Below, piece after piece: positions 19,375-28,231 of a DNA stretch of 64,000 nt (position 1 is its first letter; every line of letters starts with the position of its first letter). The translations under genes were made by a program, and so were the position numbers. The stretch is from a virus (Duplodnaviria; Caudoviricetes), in IMG/VR virus record IMGVR_UViG_3300032233_002382, positions 243,778-307,777 of that record; one strand, 5' to 3'. The notes below the pieces were generated by a model that did not search any database, had not been told where the DNA came from, and saw only the letters and a program-made list of their open reading frames with translations.

Positions 19375-20262
19375 TTAGCGGGTGACGATCAGACGCACTA
19401 AACCACGCGGATTGTACGCGCCGATACCAAGGTTCTCAAACATTGAGAATCCTATCGTCCGCTCCTCGGGGTTGTCAGCGGAGAGAACCGTGAGCTCAGT
19501 ACGGACCGGAATGCGTCCGAACATCTCAGGCTCGCAGCAGACGTAGACAACGCCAGCGGGAACGATACGGGAGACGATGAACTGAGCGTTCCAGCCCGTC
19601 GCCATCATACCGGTCTTCCACAGGGTCGCCTGGCTCTCGATGTCGAGGACGTCACGGCCGAACTTACGGATGTCGGCATAGTCGACCGCGTTCATGTAAA
19701 CGCGAGCGACGCGGAGGTCCTGACGCTCGATCTCGGCGAACGCGTCCGCGAGGACGGCCGGAGAGATCGGCGCGACAACCGGGATGTCCGGGTTCGTTCC
19801 ACCGGGGAGTGAATCGAAGCCGTTGGCCGCGATCGCATCCATGATGGAGAACACGCGATCGTCCTCAGCAGCCTGGATCTGGGCCTTGCCGAGATCCTGC
19901 ATACGCTTGAGTAGATCGTACCGGCGCTCCTTGACCTGGGTCAGGGGAGCCTTCGGTAGAGCCGCGATCTCGAAGAGCGGGAAGATAACGCGGCGGGGCT
20001 TGGCAACCGCCGTGATGGACTCGCCCTCTTCACCGATCACGTACGCGACAACGTCCGGATCCTTGTCGTAGATCGGGAGAGCGCCGTCCGGAAGCTGCTC
20101 GACCAAGAAGGTCTTGCGGCCAACGGACGAGTAGTCGCGGCGCTCGCGCAGCGGCTGGATCATGCTGGCAGCGAGGTGACGACGACCAGCGGCGGTGCTA
20201 ATGTACTTATCGACAACCTGCTCCTTGAGCGCGTTGTCTACAACCTGAACGCCAAATGACAT
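19375..20262 (-). CDS. major capsid protein (HK97-like fold)
   Basis: Position after protease, scaffold and decoration genes; pattern GR..LA.SM..PLR.R.DY..VGRK...V..LP.GA...YD; strong GC3 codon bias. Confidence 0.8.
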   Translation of the reverse strand: MSFGVQVVDNALKEQVVDKYISTAAGRRHLAASMIQPLRERRDYSSVGRKTFLVEQLPDGALPIYDKDPDVVAYVIGEEGESITAVAKPRRVIFPLFEIAALPKAPLTQVKERRYDLLKRMQDLGKAQIQAAEDDRVFSIMDAIAANGFDSLPGGTNPDIPVVAPISPAVLADAFAEIERQDLRVARVYMNAVDYADIRKFGRDVLDIESQATLWKTGMMATGWNAQFIVSRIVPAGVVYVCCEPEMFGRIPVRTELTVLSADNPEERTIGFSMFENLGIGAYNPRGLVRLIVTR

Positions 20263-20297
20263 GATATATCTCCTTCCTTAGTATTTGATGATGATGC

Positions 20298-20984
20298 TTA
20301 GATGAAGCTAAGCATCAAGAACATCTCGGTTGAGGTGGCGTTCGGGGGAGCAAGGACGAGACCTAGACGGGTGCAATCAGCCTCGGTAGCGGTTCCGCCA
20401 CCAGCGTTGATCGCCTGAGCCTCGTAGGTGTCTTCCCAAACGTTGGTCACTAGACCGTTGACCGAAGCGTAGAGACGGTCGCCGACGTTGTAGGTGAGAT
20501 CGTTGCCGACCACACCGCCGCCCGTCGTGGTCTGGCGCTCGGTCTCATAGATCTTGAGACCGACCGAACCACCACGGAGGAACGGACCCTTACCAGACGC
20601 CACACCAGGGGTGTTCTCATAGGCGTTGCCGAGAGCGTCATTGATGAACAGGCCGACCGGCTTCATGCCGGAAACAACCTGAGCCGTACCACCCGCTAAC
20701 GTGAGCGAGTAGTAAACGCCACCGACCTTGGTGGGACCGCCGACGAGGTTCTCACCTTCGTCGTTGCGGGTAAAGGCGACGGAGCCGCCGAGTACGCCCT
20801 TCTTCACCGTAGCGGGAAGGGTGGTTGATACGGCTGCAGCAGCCGTTACAACCGGAGGATTGCTCTGCGTAAACGCATCCGCCGTTAAGGCAGGAATCGA
20901 ATCCTTCACAACGCTGTAAAGGATACGAAGAGCGCCACTGCTTAGGGTGAAATCACCCGATGACTGACCACCGATCGAGCCCAT
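20298..20984 (-). CDS. putative head decoration / minor capsid protein
   Basis: Directly upstream of the capsid gene, same codon bias; beta-rich G/T composition. Confidence 0.55.
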   Translation of the reverse strand: MGSIGGQSSGDFTLSSGALRILYSVVKDSIPALTADAFTQSNPPVVTAAAAVSTTLPATVKKGVLGGSVAFTRNDEGENLVGGPTKVGGVYYSLTLAGGTAQVVSGMKPVGLFINDALGNAYENTPGVASGKGPFLRGGSVGLKIYETERQTTTGGGVVGNDLTYNVGDRLYASVNGLVTNVWEDTYEAQAINAGGGTATEADCTRLGLVLAPPNATSTEMFLMLSFI

Positions 20985-21032
20985 TTTTAACCTCCAGTTC
21001 GGACGTTACTTGAAATTGTTCATTAGGAGTTC

Positions 21033-21083
21033 AGAAATCGATTTTAATTCAGTCCGTTTCCGCGAATTACTAAATCGATTTCT
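21033..21083 (-). promoter_or_regulatory. long hairpin in the 5' leader of the decoration/capsid genes
   Basis: AGAAATCGATTT-AG-TAATTC [GCGGAAACGGACT] GAATTA-AAATCGATTTCT on the minus strand. Confidence 0.55.
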
Positions 21084-21152
21084 TACTTCTTCATTCACAA
21101 CTTCGTTCACATCGACTGAAAAATTGGTTTAGGTATCCGTATCTAGTCTCTA

Positions 21153-21195
21153 CGAAACCGCTGGGCTCCCTCGGCGGGTGAGCCCAGCGGTTTCG
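21153..21195 (-). terminator. hairpin after the scaffold gene
   Basis: 16-bp stem cgaaaccgctgggctc / gagcccagcggtttcg. Confidence 0.65.
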
Positions 21196-21205
21196 CCACT
21201 TTCAA

Positions 21206-22540
21206 TTAGGGGCGATCCCAAAGGTTCGTTAGAGCGGACTCTGGCGCTTCCTTTGAAGCCTTCACCGCGCCGAGCTTCTTGGCTCCCTTAGAGGAAGCGG
21301 TGCGCTCGACGTTGTAGCCAGCAGCGCGAGCAACGGACTCGCGCTGAGCCGCCATGATCTCGCGCTGAGCCTTAACCTCAGGATCATCAGCGAATAGCGC
21401 CTCTAGTGCGCTGGTGTGGACCTGCATCGACTCCGTATCCTCGTCGAAAGAGATCGCAGGAGAAGACGCCATAGCCATCCCAGCAGGCGCAGGGGCAGGC
21501 GCAGGAGCAGCCATACCCTCAGGCATCATGGCGGGAGCCGGAGCAGGCGCAGGAGCAGCGTCACCACCCTCTTCCTCTGAGTGGTTCATAAGAGCCGCTA
21601 GCATTTCCTCAGCGGTCATGCTATTAGACTTCTCTTCGCCCCACTTCTCCTCGGAAACGTGAGCTTCCTCAGACAGAGACCCACTACCGCCACTGCCTTC
21701 AGAAGCGGAAGCCTCAGAAGCAGAAGCTTCTTTCATTGGTGAAGCCTTCTTTTCATGCTCCGAACCCGGAGCTTTTTTCGACCCGGACTTCTTGGCAGCC
21801 GCAGCGGCTGGCTTCTCAGAGCCGTCTTCAGAACCGCCCTCAGAAGCTTCTTTCGACATGGAGGCTTCGGAAGCGGCTACCTTAGAGGTAGCGACCGCCT
21901 TGATGATGGACTTGAGAGTCAGATCGTCGATCTGGTAGATCGCACGAGCTAAACGCTCAACAGTGGGCTCATCCGCCGCCTCATCAAGCATACGAGCCGC
22001 AAGCTTGGTGCAAGCGTAAGCGCGCTTGAAACGAGCCTCTTCCGGCATCGCGGCAGGAGAAGCCTCGGTCATAGCCTTCAGAGCGCCATTGATGCTAGCG
22101 TCCGGAAGCGCCATGAAGCCAACGGCGACCTTCTTGACAAGGTCCTTGTTTTCGGTACGAAGAAGAGCAGAAGCTAAGCGGTGTGAAGCAACCGCCTTAC
22201 GCTCTGACGCAAACTTGTGGTTATCGTACTTGTGATCACCCCAGGCCGGGCGATCGAAAGTGGGAGCCTGGAACTCCGCAAAGCCCACTTCGTTGCGCTT
22301 AACGTGGCCCTTAGCATCATAGTCAGCCTTGACAAGAGACTTGTCGTAGCTAGCAGGCGTCTCAGCCCAAGTATCTGGACCAGCATCAGCCGCCATATAC
22401 TGATCGGCAGAGGGCTGCGGATGCTCAACATTCATCTCATAAATGTCAGCTTTCCGTGAGGTAGCCGCCTGACGATTAGTCTCACGGCCGGGAACTTGCC
22501 AGGTGGTACGCTCGCGCATGTTAGATGCCTCCTGATTCAT
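21206..22540 (-). CDS. putative capsid scaffolding protein
   Basis: Lies between protease and capsid genes; Ala/Glu/Ser/Pro-rich and low complexity; many (K/R)xAS motifs. Confidence 0.6.
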   Translation of the reverse strand: MNQEASNMRERTTWQVPGRETNRQAATSRKADIYEMNVEHPQPSADQYMAADAGPDTWAETPASYDKSLVKADYDAKGHVKRNEVGFAEFQAPTFDRPAWGDHKYDNHKFASERKAVASHRLASALLRTENKDLVKKVAVGFMALPDASINGALKAMTEASPAAMPEEARFKRAYACTKLAARMLDEAADEPTVERLARAIYQIDDLTLKSIIKAVATSKVAASEASMSKEASEGGSEDGSEKPAAAAAKKSGSKKAPGSEHEKKASPMKEASASEASASEGSGGSGSLSEEAHVSEEKWGEEKSNSMTAEEMLAALMNHSEEEGGDAAPAPAPAPAMMPEGMAAPAPAPAPAGMAMASSPAISFDEDTESMQVHTSALEALFADDPEVKAQREIMAAQRESVARAAGYNVERTASSKGAKKLGAVKASKEAPESALTNLWDRP

Positions 22541-22557
22541 GATAATTTATCAGAATC

Positions 22558-24111
22558 CTAAATAGTAGCTATACTTGCAATCTTGCCCTTCCAGGACAAG
22601 AAATTTAGTTCACGCTGATTCAAAGGTCTACCGGCTTTGGTTGTACAAGCAATCAAGAATGCTTTCTCGCTTTTGTAATTGCTCATAGGTCCAACGGAGA
22701 TAGCCAATTTATATAATCTAGTATCGTAATTCTTTCCCTTGACTCTATCCTCAATCCATGAAAGGACTAACAGATCCTTGGGGGTCAAAGAGGCCTTTTT
22801 AATAGCTTTGAGACCGCCCTTGTGGACGATATCATGAGCTTTAACCGCCCAGTCAGCGATTTTTGGATTTTTAACTACCGCAGACACTTTGGATTTAAAC
22901 GACGCGCCTCTCATCATCGAGTCGTTCATACTCGTTAAAGCAACCGGAGCTGCTTCTACGACACTTCCAACATCTTCTGGCTTAGGACCGATTTTGTCCG
23001 CAAGCTTCTCAACCATGATTGTTAGAAGTTGTTCTTGGACTTTGTCTAATAGCGCATCGATTTTATCGCTAGAGTCACTCGTCGGTTCAGATGACTGACT
23101 ATCGGAAGGAGCCTGATCAGACTGTGCTTGTTCTTCTGGAGCAGAGTCTTGAGAGTCACTATCGTCCGAAAGTAGCGATTCTAGGTCGTCGCCTCCTTGA
23201 TCATCCTGCGCAGCATACTTAATAGAAGCAGCTTTCTTAATTCCATCTAAGGGAATGATGCTTCGCGCAGAATTAAGTTCGATCGCATCGTTCATTTTCG
23301 CTGCGACTTGAATTTGATCAGCGTTGAGGAAATTCCGACGCACTGCGCCCCTAAAAGCCGGATTTTTTACCCAACTCGCTTCGATAAATTGATTCGAATT
23401 TGGCACGCTTACATGACCAATTAACTCGGCGATCTTATTCTTCGCCCCAGATTCATCCAAGTATTCCGTGTGCTTGCCTTCATACTGGATGCAAGGGCAC
23501 AGCTGCGAATCATCTGCCGCCACATTTCCGCACTTTGAGCATATCGTAAATAACGATATGCAGCCCATGCTTAAGCCAGTAATGCCGCCCGAAAGAATAT
23601 CACTTACTAACTGCTGATGCTTGCGGTCTGTCGCTACCAAAATATCAATGTAACAGGTGTTGCCGAGATCTCTAGCTATGGCGTCGACAATGAACCCCTT
23701 CGAAAGCTCAGGAAGCTGAATGTGCTCTAGATAGTTATGAGCACCGATGAAAGTACGATAAGTAGATAGCAGGAGCGAACGCTCCCAAGCATCACCATTA
23801 TTGTTGATTATGTCGCTGCATTCAGGCTTAATTCTAAAATCAGGGTAGCGAACATCAATTTGGACGCCCTTGTTCATGTGGCGTCCGGTCTTACTTCCCT
23901 TAGGCTGATACGTATCGACAGAAGCAACTATGGTGGCGTGACTGAGTAGGTATTGCTTGGGGTCACACTTGCGGAGGGTGGTCTTAGCAATACGATGGAC
24001 ATGATCTTTAGGTATCGCGCCTTCATTCTGACCACGAATTACTTCCATCCAGTTATCAAAATGAATGTCTTTCTGGCTAACTATAGCTTTAGCATAACGT
24101 CTAGTGGCCAT
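22558..24111 (-). CDS. prohead maturation protease with Cys-rich insertion
   Basis: N.LEH (His), LSMGC (Ser) and FIEASWVKNPAF.GA (E-x-S-x-V-x-x-PA) motifs typical of HK97/assemblin-type prohead proteases; CSKC...CPC insert. Confidence 0.72.
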   Translation of the reverse strand: MATRRYAKAIVSQKDIHFDNWMEVIRGQNEGAIPKDHVHRIAKTTLRKCDPKQYLLSHATIVASVDTYQPKGSKTGRHMNKGVQIDVRYPDFRIKPECSDIINNNGDAWERSLLLSTYRTFIGAHNYLEHIQLPELSKGFIVDAIARDLGNTCYIDILVATDRKHQQLVSDILSGGITGLSMGCISLFTICSKCGNVAADDSQLCPCIQYEGKHTEYLDESGAKNKIAELIGHVSVPNSNQFIEASWVKNPAFRGAVRRNFLNADQIQVAAKMNDAIELNSARSIIPLDGIKKAASIKYAAQDDQGGDDLESLLSDDSDSQDSAPEEQAQSDQAPSDSQSSEPTSDSSDKIDALLDKVQEQLLTIMVEKLADKIGPKPEDVGSVVEAAPVALTSMNDSMMRGASFKSKVSAVVKNPKIADWAVKAHDIVHKGGLKAIKKASLTPKDLLVLSWIEDRVKGKNYDTRLYKLAISVGPMSNYKSEKAFLIACTTKAGRPLNQRELNFLSWKGKIASIATI

Positions 24112-24154
24112 ATTTCCCTCTAATGTAGTTACTTCATAATAATTTGATAAATAC

Positions 24155-24192
24155 GATTCGGGCCTAGAAGGATTTCCTTCTAGGCCCGAATC
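24155..24192 (-). terminator. hairpin terminator
   Basis: 17-bp stem gattcgggcctagaagg / ccttctaggcccgaatc. Confidence 0.7.
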
Positions 24193-24199
24193 TAACTGC

Positions 24200-24406
24200 T
24201 TAGTCCTTCTTTTGAACGAACGTGTACATTTCGGAAGCCACCTTAGTAATTTCCGAAACCGTAGGTACGGGCACTTCTTTGGGTGGCCGATTGTCTAATT
24301 CGGCGGCCCGACGCTCGATTTCCACCTTCTGATGCCAGTCTTGCATCAGGTGATCACGAGCTTCGTGCATCAAAGCGTGCCTAATCTCAAATCCATTAGA
24401 TCCCAT
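24200..24406 (-). CDS. small conserved-type phage protein (FEIR...P....I...A...Y.FV)
   Basis: 68 aa, GGAGG SD, structured 5' leader. Confidence 0.65.
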   Translation of the reverse strand: MGSNGFEIRHALMHEARDHLMQDWHQKVEIERRAAELDNRPPKEVPVPTVSEITKVASEMYTFVQKKD

Positions 24407-24483
24407 GACGCCCTCCGTGTGTGTTGACAGACCTTCATGGTCTAGTCATAGAGTCTGGGCTTGACTCTGAATTACCTTACTAA

Positions 24484-25206
24484 TTACATTATATCTCGAG
24501 AATGGATAGAAAACCCGCAGGATCGGCATTGCTTTATGTTCTTGCCCTGACGATACCTTCGGTCATACATCTTAGTAGCGCACCTAGGACACTTGATTAT
24601 ACCCGTAGCCTTCTCTCCCTGAGAACGCTTATACTTCCGGTTCGCGTTGCCCCAATATAAAGCAAGACGACGACCCGCACCATAAAGATTTTTCACAGTG
24701 CGATCGACGGTATCAAAACCATAGATGTGACCACATTCGCTTGCCAGACGATTTGCAGCGGTGACTTCTTCTACCCCATCATGGAAAAGTTGGCAGGCCT
24801 TAATGTAGAGAGGCTGCGTAAAAGACTCGAAGTCCGAGACAATATCAGAAGCTAAGCTTTTGCGCCATTTCTCATCCGACTTGGCGCTCTCCTCGGTGTT
24901 CATATACCGAGATTTTTCATAGGTCGAATAGCTCTGATCTAACTTTAAGGGAGGTAAGAAATCCACGGACCCAGCCCGAACCAACTCCGTCGGCACTTCC
25001 AGATAAGCTCCGAACGGCCACTGAACCATTACAACGCCGGTTTCAGTATTCGAGTAAATCACCCGACCCACATACGGGGTCATAAGCGTATCGCGATAAT
25101 TTGCACGCCGAACAATATCGCCAGCTCTAAATTCTCGAGCCATCTGCACATTGTCGACATAAGCCGTTTTGTTATGCATGGTATACCTCAAATACAAGTG
25201 ATCCAT
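24484..25206 (-). CDS. protein with N-terminal SH3/KOW-like domain and C-terminal zinc ribbon
   Basis: F..GD.VR...GRV...G.V.VQWP and CPRC...CRSC. Confidence 0.6.
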   Translation of the reverse strand: MDHLYLRYTMHNKTAYVDNVQMAREFRAGDIVRRANYRDTLMTPYVGRVIYSNTETGVVMVQWPFGAYLEVPTELVRAGSVDFLPPLKLDQSYSTYEKSRYMNTEESAKSDEKWRKSLASDIVSDFESFTQPLYIKACQLFHDGVEEVTAANRLASECGHIYGFDTVDRTVKNLYGAGRRLALYWGNANRKYKRSQGEKATGIIKCPRCATKMYDRRYRQGKNIKQCRSCGFSIHSRDIM

Positions 25207-25248
25207 GAAGAGGTTAACTCTTCATGGATCACTAGATATTGTATCTGA

Positions 25249-25737
25249 TTAATCAGCCCAGGTCTTGGCGCTGGCGGTAGACTTCTTACCAGCCCCAGCC
25301 CAAGAAGGCTGCTTGACCGTCTTACCGCCATTAGAGAGCGGAGACTGATCGCGAACACTGAACTCAGGACGGTCAGTCACGATCGAAGAACGATCCGCGT
25401 CAAAAGTCGGAATATCCTCTGACCAGCGAGCGCCATGACCGGCGTTGTGCATATAGGTCTCGTCCGCTTCAACGTGAAGAGGCTTAACCGGATTCTCAAA
25501 CGTCGCCATGTATTTCTCATCGGCGTCGTGCTGAAGCACCTTGGCCTTGCGGCGGAGGAAGCTCTCGCGACCAAACGCGGTGGCCTCAAACCGATCCGCA
25601 AAGGAATCTAGCTGCGTCAACATCGAAGAAGCGACACGGCCATCCAACTTGCCAGCCGCTACGAGCTTCTCGATCCGAGTAGCAGCGGCGTCGAGATTTG
25701 AAAGTACTTTATTAGCAGTGTCCTTAGGAATGGCCAT
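25249..25737 (-). CDS. hypothetical virion-associated protein
   Basis: 162 aa, GGAGA SD, GC3-biased like the capsid genes. Confidence 0.6.
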   Translation of the reverse strand: MAIPKDTANKVLSNLDAAATRIEKLVAAGKLDGRVASSMLTQLDSFADRFEATAFGRESFLRRKAKVLQHDADEKYMATFENPVKPLHVEADETYMHNAGHGARWSEDIPTFDADRSSIVTDRPEFSVRDQSPLSNGGKTVKQPSWAGAGKKSTASAKTWAD

Positions 25738-25778
25738 ATTTATCTCCGTTATCCTAAAATGTTATGAAAGGCGTAAAA

Positions 25779-28193
25779 TTACCAGGAGAGATCGGAAGAG
25801 TCAACCGAGGCCTTATGCTTCTTTCCAGCCTTCTTTGAAGCCTTCTTCTTATCGTCTGACCTAGAAGAAGATGACTCCACCTTCTTGGGAGATGCCTTCT
25901 TACCGGACTTCTTCTTAACCGCCTTCTTCTTAGCCGCGATTATCGGCATAAGAACAGAACGGCTACCAGGATTCTCGAAGGCAACACGCACCAGCGTGTT
26001 CACGTCCACCGCTACCATATCCTCGGAAGCAGTGCGAATTAGATCGACATTGAACTGACCAATAAGCGAAGCTAAACGAGCAGCAGCTTCCGGGTTCTTC
26101 GCCTTAATTTCCTGAGCGATCTTAAGCATACCACCAATTGTTTCATTCATGGTTGACGCCTTCTTTGGCTTTCCAGCCGTGGTTAAGAGTGTTTCGGACA
26201 GTAAATCGGTTTTGTAATCACCCAACCGATTCAACAACATATTATAGGTAGGAGCGTCTATTTTGCTTTGGTAAGCCGAATTATCGGCTGTCGAAATAGC
26301 AAGATCTAACGCCGCCCGAATTTGGACATCAGGAGCTGAACCATTCCAGTTATTTTGGAGCCAGCCCCCTTTAAGAAATTCTTTAGCCGAAGCAATAATA
26401 GCATCGTAATGATCCTTATTAAGGTAACGCTTATCTAAGAAGGACCAACCAGAATAGGGCCCGTCTGGACCACCCTGGGTCAAAACACCATGATATGTCG
26501 CTGTTCTAGTCATCCTAGATTCCAACGGTTTATTAGAAGATGATAATTTAAGGGATTTGATCCGAGAAGAATTCGGAAACTGCTTTTTAAGTTTTTCGAG
26601 CATAGTTTGCTCGAGCAAAGAAGAGTCGACGATATCTACTTTTCTTGCCGCAGAATCCAATTCTTCCATAGCTTTAATCCAACTATCAAGCGCGTCATCT
26701 ATATCGTAGTATTTAGGACGCCTAGCTAGATCCTCCAAGTCTACATCACTGCTCTGCTCCACCGCTTTTTTAAATTCGTCAGTGGTTTGCTTGATGCTGT
26801 ATAATTCTAGCATCAAGCCATAAACGTCTTTCGTAAATTTATCTAATACGGTTTTAAAATCTTTAGAAGGCAACTCGGCATTAGCGCGAAGATACTCGTA
26901 AAGTTTAAGGCTCACAGCCCAAGATTCGAAATTGGGTATATCTTTGTCGATTTCAAAGTCTGGATCTGAACTTTTTCCAAGTATAAGTTCGGCCAGAGAT
27001 TTTTCAACTTCGGAACTATCCTGAGATTTCTTAACCAGCGAACCCAGAGCCTGAACAGATCTAGGTAGTGATTTCTGAACGTTCTCCACGTTACGACGAA
27101 GTGATTCAATGTAACCCGCTCGGGCGCCCCACGGTATTTCGCCGGTCGCCATATTCCAATTACGTTCTAAAGATTTTAGAATACTATATATGTTAGAGCC
27201 TGGCGACTGTTCGCTTAGGCGCTTGAATGCCTTGAATTGATCGTCTATGTATTTTCGTACTGATTTTTCCTGATCAACGGATTTTTCAGAAGGCTTTTCA
27301 GCGGGCGGGGAATATAACTTCTTGGTGATAGACTGTGTCTGATCCGGGTACTTCTTTATTAAGGACTGTGCCGCATCATTTGTAACCTTGAAGTATTTTT
27401 TACCATCTTGGTCAACAGTAGGGGGCGCAAATTCCTTAAGAAATTCGAATTCAGGCAGTACGGGGATTAATGGAGTTCCGGACGGGTGAGTTAAAACTGC
27501 ACGCACCACTTTCTCGATAGAGTCATACAAAGCCTGGTCGACTGCATTCACATCGGCAGGACGTTCATTCAAGGTTTTCACAATAACGGACCACATCGGT
27601 GCGTCGACAAGAAATACTTTATTTCCAGATTCCTTGGTTTTAACTTCTAGACCTATATCGTTTTCGAGAAACTTCATCTGATCGTGATATGGATATTCTA
27701 ATACTGTATCTATATTTGATTTAAACCATTCCTCTAATGATATATCCTTAGGCAACTTATTGCGAGCAATAAGGTTACTTTCCATCTTTTCTAAGATGTT
27801 GTAATTTATTGCAGATACTTTAAAATAAGAAGACGCTTTTTTGCTAAAGGCAAATTCAGGAAAAGAATTATTGAAGTCTTCGACAAAATTAGAGGCAAGT
27901 GTCGGACTTACTGAGTTTAATAAAGAATATAGTTTATCGCGATCTTTCAAAGCTTCAGATGCCAACCGAAAGGCGATCGCAGTTGCGCTATACTTAGGGC
28001 TTAGACTTAAATCTTTATCGAATTCTTTCTCAGAAGTATCGATCCGACGACGACGCTGGAAACTGCGTTTTTCTCTCTTCGGCTTATACTTTCGATCACC
28101 ACGTGGCTTTCGGCCGCTAGGCATAAGACGGCGGACCTCGGCGTCCTCCTTATCAGATTCAGTCACCTTTTTACCTGATAAGAAATACCGCAT
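25779..28193 (-). CDS. large hypothetical protein with several (K/R)xAS motifs
   Basis: 804-aa ORF next to the portal gene. Confidence 0.6.
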   Translation of the reverse strand: MRYFLSGKKVTESDKEDAEVRRLMPSGRKPRGDRKYKPKREKRSFQRRRRIDTSEKEFDKDLSLSPKYSATAIAFRLASEALKDRDKLYSLLNSVSPTLASNFVEDFNNSFPEFAFSKKASSYFKVSAINYNILEKMESNLIARNKLPKDISLEEWFKSNIDTVLEYPYHDQMKFLENDIGLEVKTKESGNKVFLVDAPMWSVIVKTLNERPADVNAVDQALYDSIEKVVRAVLTHPSGTPLIPVLPEFEFLKEFAPPTVDQDGKKYFKVTNDAAQSLIKKYPDQTQSITKKLYSPPAEKPSEKSVDQEKSVRKYIDDQFKAFKRLSEQSPGSNIYSILKSLERNWNMATGEIPWGARAGYIESLRRNVENVQKSLPRSVQALGSLVKKSQDSSEVEKSLAELILGKSSDPDFEIDKDIPNFESWAVSLKLYEYLRANAELPSKDFKTVLDKFTKDVYGLMLELYSIKQTTDEFKKAVEQSSDVDLEDLARRPKYYDIDDALDSWIKAMEELDSAARKVDIVDSSLLEQTMLEKLKKQFPNSSRIKSLKLSSSNKPLESRMTRTATYHGVLTQGGPDGPYSGWSFLDKRYLNKDHYDAIIASAKEFLKGGWLQNNWNGSAPDVQIRAALDLAISTADNSAYQSKIDAPTYNMLLNRLGDYKTDLLSETLLTTAGKPKKASTMNETIGGMLKIAQEIKAKNPEAAARLASLIGQFNVDLIRTASEDMVAVDVNTLVRVAFENPGSRSVLMPIIAAKKKAVKKKSGKKASPKKVESSSSRSDDKKKASKKAGKKHKASVDSSDLSW

Positions 28194-28231
28194 ATTTCAC
28201 CGCCTAAAGACTAGGCTTTACCAAAAATGTA

